This document shows, one piece after another, positions 37,986 through 47,273 of a DNA stretch of 64,000 nt (position 1 is the stretch's first letter; every line of letters starts with the position of its first letter). Source of the stretch: Patescibacteria group bacterium. GTDB lineage: Bacteria; Patescibacteriota; Minisyncoccia; UBA6257; GWB1-50-10. The notes under the pieces were generated by a model. That model made no database searches, was not told the DNA's origin, and saw nothing but the letters and a program-made list of their open reading frames with translations. The position numbers and the translations under genes were made by a program. The DNA is taken from contig JBFLWN010000006.1 in the NCBI GenBank assembly GCA_040757555.1, positions 5,748 to 69,747 on the forward strand. The letters are read 5' to 3'.

Positions 37986-39373
37986 GACCCCTCACTTACT
38001 CCCATCATTATTCCCAAAACCAACCAAAGCATCAACCTCCCCGACTCAAGTGTCCAAAGAAAGTGATCAAACAACCCAAACACAAGAAGGTTGGAAAAGA
38101 GAATAACACCAAACCAAAAATATTCCGGTGGAGACCTCAAAAAAATAAAAAATCTCCTACCTAAAGAAATGGGGAGGGCGACAAAACCAATAGACAAAAA
38201 AGAAAGGAGGCCACATATTCCAAGTTCAGACGCGATAAGAAGATAAAGATTGTGGATTGGTTGCCAATCAATGGAATTATGAATTTTATATTTTCCGTAT
38301 AAATTATTTTCCTTTGAAAAAAAGATTTGATTCCCAACTCCAACGCCACGTGGTTCTTGTAACACAATATCTCGCCCAATGTTGTTATAGAGCACCCGAT
38401 AGTTTACCGATGGTTCGTTTCGAGAAAGTGTCGCTCTGGGGAAAATTGCCCACCCAAGTGAAAGAAAAAGAAGCATAAACAGTGCACACACAATAAAAAA
38501 GAGATGGAGCGTCTGTTTTCGTGTGTGTTCATACAAAAAACCAACACACAATGAAATAACAATTCCAAATAAAGAAACAATCCATCCCGAACGAGAAAAT
38601 GTAAGTACAATACCAACAAGGATTATAAATAAGGAAATAGAGATAATTGTTCGGAAAAATAATCGCTTTTTTAGAAAATCTTTAAAAGATGATATGGTCG
38701 TCTGTTTTCTATTTATCCATAAAAAGAGGCACGAAATAAGCCCCACCACAAGAAATCCGGCAAGTATGTTTGCATGAGCCATCGTACCATATGCACGAAG
38801 AAGGGGTACCCCAAACACGGGAAAGCGAGCGACATTGGTGGAAAATTCATTAATAATCGATTCCCCTAAAAACCACACCCCAACACTTTTTTGTAAGAAA
38901 AACTGAAAAAATCCAACAAAAGCCTGAAATACGGCAGCGGAGACAAACACATAGACAACGGGGGTGATAGAAAAAATATTTTTCTTTATCAAAAAAAACA
39001 AAAAAATACCTTGAAATATAGTATAGAGAAGACGGAGAAAAAAATATGCGCTTATAAAAATGTGAGAAGAAAAAAGAAGGGAGAGGAGAGAAAAAAAAGA
39101 AAATATGGAGAGAAAAACGAATATCTTTTTTTTCTCTTTACAGAAGGAGGAAAACTCCTGAAACATATTCTTAAAATTTCCAAAAAACGCGGTATATATG
39201 AAGAAAAACGAAAGGAGAAATAGTATGTCACTCAAAAAGACAAACACCGCGTCAAACTCGCTTGTTCCCCCAGTAAAAGAATAGATAAATTTTTTTGTTC
39301 CAAGGGGTATTGAAAAGAGAAACAAAAAAAATACAATACGTGAAATATTTTTATTCTGTAGAATGTTTGTCAT
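37976..39373 (-). CDS. O-antigen ligase / oligosaccharyltransferase (Wzy_C) family protein
   Basis: Polytopic; RAYGTMAHANILAG, TFSRSGW, GVGVGN, PIHNLYLLIASELG. Confidence 0.88.
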   Translation of the reverse strand: MTNILQNKNISRIVFFLFLFSIPLGTKKFIYSFTGGTSEFDAVFVFLSDILFLLSFFFIYTAFFGNFKNMFQEFSSFCKEKKKIFVFLSIFSFFSLLSLLFSSHIFISAYFFLRLLYTIFQGIFLFFLIKKNIFSITPVVYVFVSAAVFQAFVGFFQFFLQKSVGVWFLGESIINEFSTNVARFPVFGVPLLRAYGTMAHANILAGFLVVGLISCLFLWINRKQTTISSFKDFLKKRLFFRTIISISLFIILVGIVLTFSRSGWIVSLFGIVISLCVGFLYEHTRKQTLHLFFIVCALFMLLFLSLGWAIFPRATLSRNEPSVNYRVLYNNIGRDIVLQEPRGVGVGNQIFFSKENNLYGKYKIHNSIDWQPIHNLYLLIASELGICGLLSFLSIGFVALPISLGRRFFIFLRSPPEYFWFGVILFSNLLVFGLFDHFLWTLESGRLMLWLVLGIMMGVSEGSSS

Positions 39374-39378
39374 TGTCT

Positions 39379-40503
39379 TTAAAGACCAAACACAATATTC
39401 AAAACCTCATATATAATAGCAATAAAAAATACTATATAGAGAGTGCCAGCAATTTTTCTGAACTTATGGAGAGGAAATGCGCGTTGCCACATACGAGTAA
39501 CAAAAATTCCCTCAAACGCAATAAAAATACCCCCCACAAGACCAAGTACTAAAAGAAAATCCTTAAATCCAAACGCATAAAGGACAAGAGGGAGAAAGAG
39601 GGAGGTACCCGCGCCAATCCATTTGGGCCACCGAGCGTCAAGTGTAAGAATGTCTTTTATGTTTATCCCAATAACAAAATATGAATCCCACAAAGCGATA
39701 AGTCCCAATATTCCAAGAAGTGCCGAAATAAGGGGCGAAAGAAATGTAAGCCCACTAAAGGTGTCTGGAGAAATAGCCCCCCCAAGTCGAAACACACTCA
39801 AAACAAAAAAGAGATAGATAACTGCGGGGACAATAGTTCCCCACACAAGCGACTTTTTGATTGAAAAAGGGTTTCCTTCTTCTTTTGATTTTCTATATTC
39901 CTCAACAACCTTAGAAACGGCGGGACGACCGGAAAAAGAGAAAAGTAGTGGACCAAAAGGAAGAAGGAGTAGTTTCCAATCGACGTTTGAAGGAAAAAGA
40001 GAAAAATTGGAGTTATTTGTTGTTAGGCCTCCAATAAAGAAAATGAAGATTACGACCACAATAATAGAGAGGGTACTCAATACTTCAATAACGCCAAGCC
40101 AATTAAGACGAATAAACATAAAAATGGAACTACATGCCCAAAACAATAAGACTGGGATGGTTCCTTTTATCCCGAATCCAAAATCCAAAAATGTTTCCGC
40201 AAGTATAAGATATACCACAAGAGCAAAGAGTAATTCACCAATAACAAAAAATGAAGCGAGGTGCGATGTTTTTTTCGAAAGATGTTTTCGTGCAAGCGCA
40301 AAAAAATCATGTGGTTCGTTCTCTTTTAAGAGAAGTTCTGAGTACATAAAATAGAAGGCGATATACACCACACTGAATAATATGAGATAAAGAATGCCGG
40401 GAATAATCCCAACACGATAGAAAAGATATGGGAGTGAAAAAATGCCGGCACCGATAATTGTACCGGCAAGTAACCCCACCGAAAGAACCGCTGATTTATT
40501 CAT
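39379..40503 (-). CDS. Aromatic amino acid (HAAAP-like) permease
   Basis: GTIIGAGIFSLP, ~11 TM. Confidence 0.85.
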   Translation of the reverse strand: MNKSAVLSVGLLAGTIIGAGIFSLPYLFYRVGIIPGILYLILFSVVYIAFYFMYSELLLKENEPHDFFALARKHLSKKTSHLASFFVIGELLFALVVYLILAETFLDFGFGIKGTIPVLLFWACSSIFMFIRLNWLGVIEVLSTLSIIVVVIFIFFIGGLTTNNSNFSLFPSNVDWKLLLLPFGPLLFSFSGRPAVSKVVEEYRKSKEEGNPFSIKKSLVWGTIVPAVIYLFFVLSVFRLGGAISPDTFSGLTFLSPLISALLGILGLIALWDSYFVIGINIKDILTLDARWPKWIGAGTSLFLPLVLYAFGFKDFLLVLGLVGGIFIAFEGIFVTRMWQRAFPLHKFRKIAGTLYIVFFIAIIYEVLNIVFGL

Positions 40504-40512
40504 ATGTGTGAG

Positions 40513-40779
40513 TTACTCTTCTAAAAATACTTCGTCGCCTTCCCGCACCTTGTCGCCTACTTTAATTCCGACTTCCTGACCCTTCTTTGCACTCTCAATG
40601 CCCTTATGATCATACTGCATTGATTTTATTTTTTCGGAAAAATCTGTCGTCGCCCCCTTAAATTGAATTTTCTCACCAACTTTTACTGGTTTGTTAAATT
40701 TCACTATCGCCACATCGATCGCTCCAAAAAAATGAGTTACGGTTCCGATTGGTTTTTTCGCGGCAATTTTTTTTGGCAT
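40513..40779 (-). CDS. Small EF-Tu domain II-like beta-barrel protein
   Basis: IGTVTHFF..IDVAIV...SMQYDH..IESAKKGQEVGIKV..KVREGDEVF. Confidence 0.75.
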   Translation of the reverse strand: MPKKIAAKKPIGTVTHFFGAIDVAIVKFNKPVKVGEKIQFKGATTDFSEKIKSMQYDHKGIESAKKGQEVGIKVGDKVREGDEVFLEE

Positions 40780-40786
40780 ATATTAT

Positions 40787-41410
40787 TTAAAGTATTCGGC
40801 CTTTTGTTCCATTCTTTTTTTCTTCTTCCTCTATTTCTTCAAGAACTTTATCAAGGAGTGTACTTGGATCCTCTGAATATACCACCCTTCCAGGACCACG
40901 ATGTGCATTTTCTACAATTCCCCGTAAATTATCAGCCATACCACCCGTTCCTTCGAGAACTCCTATTGGTTTTTTATCTTCAAACGCAATAGTAAATTCA
41001 TTCAGTGTTCCTATTCTTCCACAAATAGTAATCACTGCGTCGGACGAACGAATAAGGAGTAGGTTTCTTCCCGCATAATTGAACCCAGTATAAATAATGA
41101 GATCGTGATAGTCGGTGGGAAGTTGGTACGTCTTTATGTGTGCAATTTTTGATGCTGCCGGAGAAAGTCCGATCACAATTCCCCCCTCTGATTTTGCTCC
41201 TTTTGCGGCCCAATATGGCGTCCCTGTGGTTGCGCCCGTCACAAGTACCAATCCTCTTTTTGCGATTTCTCTCCCTAGTGCCTCAGCTTTTTCTTGTGTT
41301 CCTTCTGCACAACACCCTGTTTCTGCCGCTCCTGAAATACAAATTTTATATTTAAGATGGAAGCTATTGTTGTTTTTTTTGTTTTCAAAATTTATTTTTT
41401 TTCGTGGCAT
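40787..41410 (-). CDS. LOG/SLOG family nucleotide-binding protein
   Basis: LVTGATTG, AAKGA, GRNLLLI, GRIGTLNEF. Confidence 0.85.
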   Translation of the reverse strand: MPRKKINFENKKNNNSFHLKYKICISGAAETGCCAEGTQEKAEALGREIAKRGLVLVTGATTGTPYWAAKGAKSEGGIVIGLSPAASKIAHIKTYQLPTDYHDLIIYTGFNYAGRNLLLIRSSDAVITICGRIGTLNEFTIAFEDKKPIGVLEGTGGMADNLRGIVENAHRGPGRVVYSEDPSTLLDKVLEEIEEEEKKNGTKGRIL

Positions 41411-41429
41411 AAATATTTATTTGTTTCAA

Positions 41430-42788
41430 TTATAACATCACTGACTCCTGAAAAGAAGGAATTTCTACCTCGCATCCAATTTTGTTCTTTATTTCTTCAG
41501 AAAGCGCCTCTGATTCATTTTCCTCTCCTTGTACAATAAATATTTTTTTCACCGAGTCTTTCATGTGCGATGCCCATTGCAAAAGCTGTACTTGATCTGC
41601 GTGGGCAGAATATCCACTAATTGACTCCACGTGGGCACGTACATGAATTTTTTCTCCGGATATTATCACCGAAGGATTTTTTTCTATAATAGCTCTTCCA
41701 AGTGATCCCCTTGCTTGGAATCCAACAAACAAAATGGTGTTGTTTTGGTCTTCAAGATATTGTTTTTCGTGAAACAACACCCTCCCCCCTTGAGACATTC
41801 CTGCTCCCGCAATAATAATTTTCGGTGGGGGGGTTTTTGAAATATTTTTTGATTCCTCTTGTGTAAGGGTAAAACGAAGCCCAGGAAAATCAAAAATATT
41901 ATCCCCGCTATTCATATGACTAATTGCTTCATTGTTAAAATACATTGGATCGCTGATATATTTTTCGTACACGGCAGTAAGTTTAATAGCAAGTGGGCTA
42001 TCAACGAACATTGGTATGTTTGGTATTTTTTTGTGTTCAACAAGTTCATTTAATTCAAAGAGCATTTCCTGTGTTCGTTCAAGCGCAAACGCGGGAATAA
42101 GAAGCACCCCCTTTTTTTGTATTGTTTCATGAATAATATTCTCAAGCTCGTTTTTTCTCTCATTGAGTTTTTCGTGAATTCGTCCTCCGTATGTCGACTC
42201 AATAAGTACATAATCTACGGACACCCGTATTGGTTCCCCTTCTTTTAAAAATGGTTTATATATATTTCCCAAATCCCCAGAAAACACCACCACCTTTCCC
42301 TCCACACGAACCACAATAGAACTCGAACCCAATACGTGCCCCGCATCATAAAATTCAATTTCAAACGGACCTATGTTGAACTTTTCGTGATATGAATGCT
42401 TTTGCCACAACCCCATTGTTTTTATGATGTCTCCTACCACGTATATTGGCGGAAGTTCTCGTTCACTCGCCTCCAAAGAGAGAATGTGTTCCGCGTCCAT
42501 AAGAAGCGCGTCCGCCATATCCCTTGTGGGGGGCGTGGAATAGATGTGACCAAAAAATCCCTGTTTTACGAGTTGTGGAATCCTTCCAATGTGGTCAATG
42601 TGCGCGTGGGTCACACACACCGCATCAATCTCTTTCGGGTTATATGGAAACGGCTCAAAGTTTATATCTTCGGAATAATTTGATCCCTGATGTAATCCAC
42701 AATCAATCAATATTTTTGTTCCGCCAGATTCAAGTAAATAGTTTGCACCGGTTACCGCCCGTGCCCCCCCATAAAATGTAAGTTTCAT
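41430..42788 (-). CDS. MBL-fold beta-CASP ribonuclease
   Basis: IDCGLHQG, THAHIDHIG, AGHVLGS, ESTYG, SAHAD; last motif reads VQGE rather than VHGE. Confidence 0.92.
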   Translation of the reverse strand: MKLTFYGGARAVTGANYLLESGGTKILIDCGLHQGSNYSEDINFEPFPYNPKEIDAVCVTHAHIDHIGRIPQLVKQGFFGHIYSTPPTRDMADALLMDAEHILSLEASERELPPIYVVGDIIKTMGLWQKHSYHEKFNIGPFEIEFYDAGHVLGSSSIVVRVEGKVVVFSGDLGNIYKPFLKEGEPIRVSVDYVLIESTYGGRIHEKLNERKNELENIIHETIQKKGVLLIPAFALERTQEMLFELNELVEHKKIPNIPMFVDSPLAIKLTAVYEKYISDPMYFNNEAISHMNSGDNIFDFPGLRFTLTQEESKNISKTPPPKIIIAGAGMSQGGRVLFHEKQYLEDQNNTILFVGFQARGSLGRAIIEKNPSVIISGEKIHVRAHVESISGYSAHADQVQLLQWASHMKDSVKKIFIVQGEENESEALSEEIKNKIGCEVEIPSFQESVML

Positions 42789-42794
42789 AAAAAT

Positions 42795-43385
42795 TTATTT
42801 CAGTTTCCCAATATTTTTTAATACACTCCGCAAACGATCTTCAAATGACGCGTCTTCGCGAAAAGATTTTTGCGTTGTTTGTATCGCTTGTTTTGCTTCT
42901 TTTTGTTGATATCCAAGACTTACCAGCGCTTCTTCTAATTCAATATTCACGTCCATTGATTTTGTAAGCGATGATGATGTATATAAATTGAGTTTGTTTT
43001 GGAGTTCAACAACAATCCTTTCCGCTGTTTTCTTTCCAATTCCGGACGCGCGTATTAAAAGATCGACGCGCTTCTCGAGAATCGCAGCAGTAATATTTTG
43101 CACCGAATCAACATCAAGCACATTTAATGCGGTGCGTGGCCCAACCCCAGGAACGGTGTTTAATAATTCAAAAAAAGAAAGAGATGGCTCGTCCAAAAAG
43201 GCAAATACATTAATTTGATTTTCAGATGAATGAAGAAAACAAAAAAAACGAACAGGGGTGCCCCCTATAGAAATTTTTTCGTGTGTGTGTTTGTTGGTGA
43301 ATAGTTTAAATCCGATTCCCATAACTTCGAGAACAAAGAAATTGGATTTTTTCTCCACAACTACTCCACTCAGGGTATATAACAT
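42795..43385 (-). CDS. ruvA: Holliday junction branch migration protein RuvA
   Basis: VPGVGPRTAL, GIGKKTAERIVVELQ, EALVSLGY. Confidence 0.96.
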   Translation of the reverse strand: MLYTLSGVVVEKKSNFFVLEVMGIGFKLFTNKHTHEKISIGGTPVRFFCFLHSSENQINVFAFLDEPSLSFFELLNTVPGVGPRTALNVLDVDSVQNITAAILEKRVDLLIRASGIGKKTAERIVVELQNKLNLYTSSSLTKSMDVNIELEEALVSLGYQQKEAKQAIQTTQKSFREDASFEDRLRSVLKNIGKLK

Positions 43386-43490
43386 ATTATTTTCATTATA
43401 TCAGCGAAGGGAATATCCTGCACTCTCTCAGATTCAATTTTTCGCTCCCTGGTTGACCTTTTGCGGGGTTTGATTTAATATTCTACCGTT

Positions 43491-43748
43491 ATGCCAAAAA
43501 CAACATCTGCACAAAAGGCGCTCAGACAAAACGTCCGCCGAAATAAGAGGAATAATGAACGGAAATCCAACATAAAAATGGTGGTAAAAAAGTTCAAAAA
43601 ATTTATCGAAACAAACCAGATAAAAGAAGCTGAAGCGTATCTCCCTACGGTATATAAGACGCTGGATAAAACAGGAAAAAGCGGTCTTATAAAACACGGA
43701 AAAATAAATCGCATAAAATCACGACTTACAAAAAAGATAAAAAAATAA
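43491..43748 (+). CDS. rpsT: 30S ribosomal protein S20
   Basis: MPKTTSAQKALRQN...LDKTGK..LIKHGK..RIKSRL. Confidence 0.95.
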   Translation: MPKTTSAQKALRQNVRRNKRNNERKSNIKMVVKKFKKFIETNQIKEAEAYLPTVYKTLDKTGKSGLIKHGKINRIKSRLTKKIKK

Positions 43749-43766
43749 CCCTCAAGGGTTATTTTT
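43741..43766. terminator. Bidirectional terminator
   Basis: AAAAATAACCCT-CA-AGGGTTATTTTT spanning both stop codons. Confidence 0.7.
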
Positions 43767-44571
43767 TTATTGCGAATTCAAGAAGTGCTTCTTCGTATCC
43801 TATTTTTCCGCTTTTCACCAACACGTCATAATTGGCAAATAAAAACGTTTCTGATCCCCTTACCAATGCCGAGACGAGATTAAAAAGGTGTGCGGGGGCT
43901 TCATTTTGTAAAAACGCTTTTTCAAGCGAAGAAAGACGCGTGGAAATATTTTTTTCATACACAATTCCTCGAGCAAGAGAAAATAATTCTTCGTGAGTGT
44001 GCACTTTAATATATTCGGAGAGGTTGTTTTTTTGTATTGGCATTGGAAGCTCTAAAAGTGATAATTTTTCCAATTCGTGAATTATGTGCCAGGAGAGATT
44101 GTGTTCACGGGAAATAATAAACGAAGTAAAAAGGTGTGACGCGTCTTCCATAAAAGAAATGTGCAATTCTTCTGATCTCTTTTTTATGAAACTCTGAAGT
44201 GGTTTTCCTTCCAATTCACAAAATTCCATTTTTTGTACACCCTCGGAAAGAAGAAAACCAAAATTCTTTGTTGGCTCTTCTTCTTCGGAAAGAAACGTAA
44301 ATACTTTTTCTGTTTTCAGTTGGGATCGAAGTGTGTTTATCCACTCGGGTTCCTCAATGGTTGTTGCGTGTTTTATTATCGCAACCTTGGAGTCGACAAA
44401 CATAGATGGCTGAGTTAAAAAGTCCCTCACTTTTTTCCAATCATCTTCATCCTCTTGTATGTCGACTTCAAGTATATCTGCGTTTTTATATTTCTTTTTG
44501 TATGGGTCAACAAGACGGTTTAGTTTTTCTCTCCGTCGATAAGAATCTGAACCATATAAACAGAACAACAT
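43759..44571 (-). CDS. holA: DNA polymerase III delta subunit
   Basis: LYGSDSY, PSMF..K, ELEKL; adjacent to rpsT as is typical. Confidence 0.8.
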   Translation of the reverse strand: MLFCLYGSDSYRRREKLNRLVDPYKKKYKNADILEVDIQEDEDDWKKVRDFLTQPSMFVDSKVAIIKHATTIEEPEWINTLRSQLKTEKVFTFLSEEEEPTKNFGFLLSEGVQKMEFCELEGKPLQSFIKKRSEELHISFMEDASHLFTSFIISREHNLSWHIIHELEKLSLLELPMPIQKNNLSEYIKVHTHEELFSLARGIVYEKNISTRLSSLEKAFLQNEAPAHLFNLVSALVRGSETFLFANYDVLVKSGKIGYEEALLEFAIKK

Positions 44572-44652
44572 ATACCAACATTATAGGGAACTTGTGTGTT
44601 TTGAAAAGGCATTTCTTTGCTCAAAAAACAAAAAGAGGTAAAATAGATAATA

Positions 44653-46326
44653 ATGTTCCTCGCAAAAAAACTTCAAGAACAACTTCAAAAACAAAGAAAA
44701 ATTGCGGAGGAAAACGACGCAAAAAGGAGAGCAACACAACTCGGGATTCCCTATCTCGATCTTATTGGTTCGAAAACCCCAATTGAATTAAAGGCGCTTG
44801 GGGTAATAAAAGAAGAAGAAGCGAAAAAAGCACTTATTACTCCGTTTCAAATTGATCAAAAAAAACTCTTTGTTGCCGCATTTAACCCCGCGCTTCCCGA
44901 ATCAAAAACACTCATTGAGTCTTTAAAACAGAAATTTGAACTTCATATTGTGATCTCTTCAATGTTGTCGTTACACCATGGGTGGTCATATTACCAATAT
45001 GTGGGTGAGGTGAAAGAAATTTCGGGAAGTGTAGAAATCAACGAAGCACATATCAAGGAATTTCAATCAGAAATAAAAAGTCTTACTGATTTTTCCTCTG
45101 CACTAAAAAACTTCAAAAGCCCATATACCTCTCAAATTCTTGAGATTATTCTCGCGGGAGCAATGGCAATGAAAACATCAGATATTCATCTTGAACCAAG
45201 TGAAAACGAAAATTCACTCCGCCTTCGCGTCGATGGACTTCTCCATACTATTTTTTCAGAATTTACTCCTCTCGTATATAAATCGGTAGTTACACGCATA
45301 AAACTTCTCTCAAATTTAAAACTCAACATCCATAACGAAGCACAAGACGGACGATTCACCATACGACTAAGCGACCGCGACATCGAAGTTCGAACCTCGG
45401 TAATTCCTTCCGAATATGGCGAAACACTTGTACTCCGACTCCTTGATCCACTTTCCTTGAAAGCAAACCTGGAAGAATTAGGATGGCGCACTGACGATCT
45501 TGATATTATAAAAAAAGAAATTGATCGACCGAATGGACTTATTTTAAACACAGGACCCACCGGGTCTGGAAAAACTACCACACTCTATGCGTTTTTAAAA
45601 TATATTACCGATCCAGAAATAAAAATAATTACCATTGAAGACCCCATTGAATATCACCTCGAAGGAATTTCACAAACACAGGTTGATGCTGATGCAAATT
45701 ATACGTTCGCAAGCGGACTTCGTTCGATTTTACGTCAAGATCCCGACATTGTGCTCGTGGGAGAAATTAGAGACAAAGAGACCGCTGAAATTGCGATGAA
45801 TGCATCACTTACTGGACACTTAGTGTTTTCAACACTTCACACAAATGATGCGGTGGGCGCAATCCCCCGTCTTATCGATTTGGGTGCAAAAACACAAATT
45901 ATCGGACCTGCATTGAATCTCGTCATTGCGCAACGTCTCGTTCGTGTGCTTTGTCCAGAATGTAGAGTGCCCATCGCGATAAATGACGAACAAAAAGAAA
46001 AAATAAAAAACTTCATAGAAAAACTTCCGGCGCGCGTGGATAAAAAAGAATATGAAACATACACAATCTATGGACCAAAAGGATGCCCCGCGTGTGCAGG
46101 AATCGGATATAAAGGACGTATTTCAATATTCGAACTTTTTGCAATCTCGGAAAAAATAGAAGAATTAATTTACAAAAACCCAACTGAGCTTGAGTTAAAA
46201 GAAATTGCACAAAAAGAAGGAATGGTAATGCTCCAAGAAGATGGGTTCTTAAAGGTATTAAAAGGAAAAACAAGCATCGCTGAGGTGGAACGTTTGGCGG
46301 GAAAAATTGAGTGGCTGGAGGGATAG
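44653..46326 (+). CDS. pilB: Type IV pilus assembly ATPase (PilB/GspE)
   Basis: SDIHLEP, AQDGRF, GPTGSGKTTT, TIEDPIEY, LRQDPD..VGEIRD, TGHLVFSTLHTN, two CxxC. Confidence 0.93.
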   Translation: MFLAKKLQEQLQKQRKIAEENDAKRRATQLGIPYLDLIGSKTPIELKALGVIKEEEAKKALITPFQIDQKKLFVAAFNPALPESKTLIESLKQKFELHIVISSMLSLHHGWSYYQYVGEVKEISGSVEINEAHIKEFQSEIKSLTDFSSALKNFKSPYTSQILEIILAGAMAMKTSDIHLEPSENENSLRLRVDGLLHTIFSEFTPLVYKSVVTRIKLLSNLKLNIHNEAQDGRFTIRLSDRDIEVRTSVIPSEYGETLVLRLLDPLSLKANLEELGWRTDDLDIIKKEIDRPNGLILNTGPTGSGKTTTLYAFLKYITDPEIKIITIEDPIEYHLEGISQTQVDADANYTFASGLRSILRQDPDIVLVGEIRDKETAEIAMNASLTGHLVFSTLHTNDAVGAIPRLIDLGAKTQIIGPALNLVIAQRLVRVLCPECRVPIAINDEQKEKIKNFIEKLPARVDKKEYETYTIYGPKGCPACAGIGYKGRISIFELFAISEKIEELIYKNPTELELKEIAQKEGMVMLQEDGFLKVLKGKTSIAEVERLAGKIEWLEG

Positions 46327-46419
46327 GGATTAGATAATTAGACGGTTAAGGAGAAAAAAGAGGCACCATAAAAAATTTTGTGGTGCTAGTTTATTTGAAA
46401 ATATGAGATTAAAAACAGA

Positions 46420-46448
46420 GGGACTGGAAAATTATAAATTCCAGTCCC
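46420..46448 (-). terminator. 10-bp hairpin just downstream of the 46456 stop
   Basis: GGGACTGGAA-N9-TTCCAGTCCC, then TCTGTTTTT on the minus strand. Confidence 0.7.
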
Positions 46449-46455
46449 AAAATTA

Positions 46456-46851
46456 TTATTTACGAACCCCGAGAAAGTGTTCGTAGGTCCCCCAAATAGT
46501 ATCAAACCAAGCTGGGTCTAACATGCGCTCGCCGTTACTTGAATGGAGTACAGATATGAGGCGATTGTCATTAGAGCGGGACCAAGATTGTCCCAACGCA
46601 ACAACAATAGATTTTCCATCCCAACCCCTGGGAGCCCATTTTAATTGCTCTCGTGTGGTTGCGGGACGAAAACCCTTTTCGTTCATTCTCGCAATAACAG
46701 CATTCGAGTTCATATCTTTCCCAAAATAAAAATCCCTAGTCTCTTTTTCGGTTTCAACCAAATCTTCTGGTTGGATGGGAAAATTTACTTCGGTGATGCG
46801 TTCATTCACCGAGTCGAGCTCTAATGGGGTAATCATGTCAATGAGTCTCAT
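46456..46851 (-). CDS. Hypothetical 131-aa protein resembling CPR DGR variable (C-type lectin fold) proteins
   Basis: AGAGG SD before ATG 46851; ITEVNFP, GFRPAT, IVVALGQSW, R.L..WFD..W....FLGVRK. Confidence 0.6.
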   Translation of the reverse strand: MRLIDMITPLELDSVNERITEVNFPIQPEDLVETEKETRDFYFGKDMNSNAVIARMNEKGFRPATTREQLKWAPRGWDGKSIVVALGQSWSRSNDNRLISVLHSSNGERMLDPAWFDTIWGTYEHFLGVRK

Positions 46852-46883
46852 AATTCCTCTCTTTTTAATTAAATTATTAAAAA

Positions 46884-47053
46884 ATCCTGATAATAGCTCC
46901 GTGGGTAAAAAGCCGTTAGGCCGTGTGAAACACATTTTCCGAAATTATATTTCAGAAAAAGACTGATTTTTCCGAGGAGTTACCGAGCCGGAGCAAGATA
47001 ATCCTAAAGTTTCTAGGAAGAAATCCGTTTACCCACAGGTCTATTATCAGGAT
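46884..47053 (-). ncRNA. Candidate structured RNA of ~170 nt (6S-like or novel leader)
   Basis: 13-bp and 9-bp perfect terminal helices; internal stems whose mismatches are G-U only on the minus strand; promoter just upstream. Confidence 0.6.
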
Positions 47054-47062
47054 ACTGGTAGT

Positions 47063-47091
47063 ATTCTATCATACCTGTGCTTATTTGTCAA
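47063..47091 (-). promoter_or_regulatory. Sigma70 promoter P1
   Basis: TTGACA-N17-TAGAAT with extended -10 TG. Confidence 0.8.
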
Positions 47092-47172
47092 TAGCCCTTA
47101 TGGGGCGGCAGAAAATCAGCGTTTTTCGTGAAAAACAGCATTCGTATATCTCTTTTCTCTTTACTAGGGACT

Positions 47173-47200
47173 ATCATACGGGTATCAAAATAAATGTCAA
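47173..47200 (-). promoter_or_regulatory. Possible second promoter P2
   Basis: TTGACA-N16-TATGAT. Confidence 0.55.
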
Positions 47201-47273
47201 CCCTCTAAAATGTGAGGATTTTAAAGTAAAATAATACACTTTCGGACAAATCTGCGGTAATATTAAGTCATAT

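Noticed and set aside
37912-37995. N-terminal extension of MurB in the ORF track
   Set aside because: It is the tRNA-Arg sequence read in frame; MurB-like sequence begins at ATG 37911.
46852-46935. N-terminal 28 codons of the 159-aa track ORF
   Set aside because: They overlap the RNA helix, and a good SD precedes ATG 46851.
46884-47053. Retron msr-msd reading of the inverted-repeat-bounded RNA
   Set aside because: Terminal inverted repeats fit, but retrons have an adjacent reverse transcriptase and none is present.
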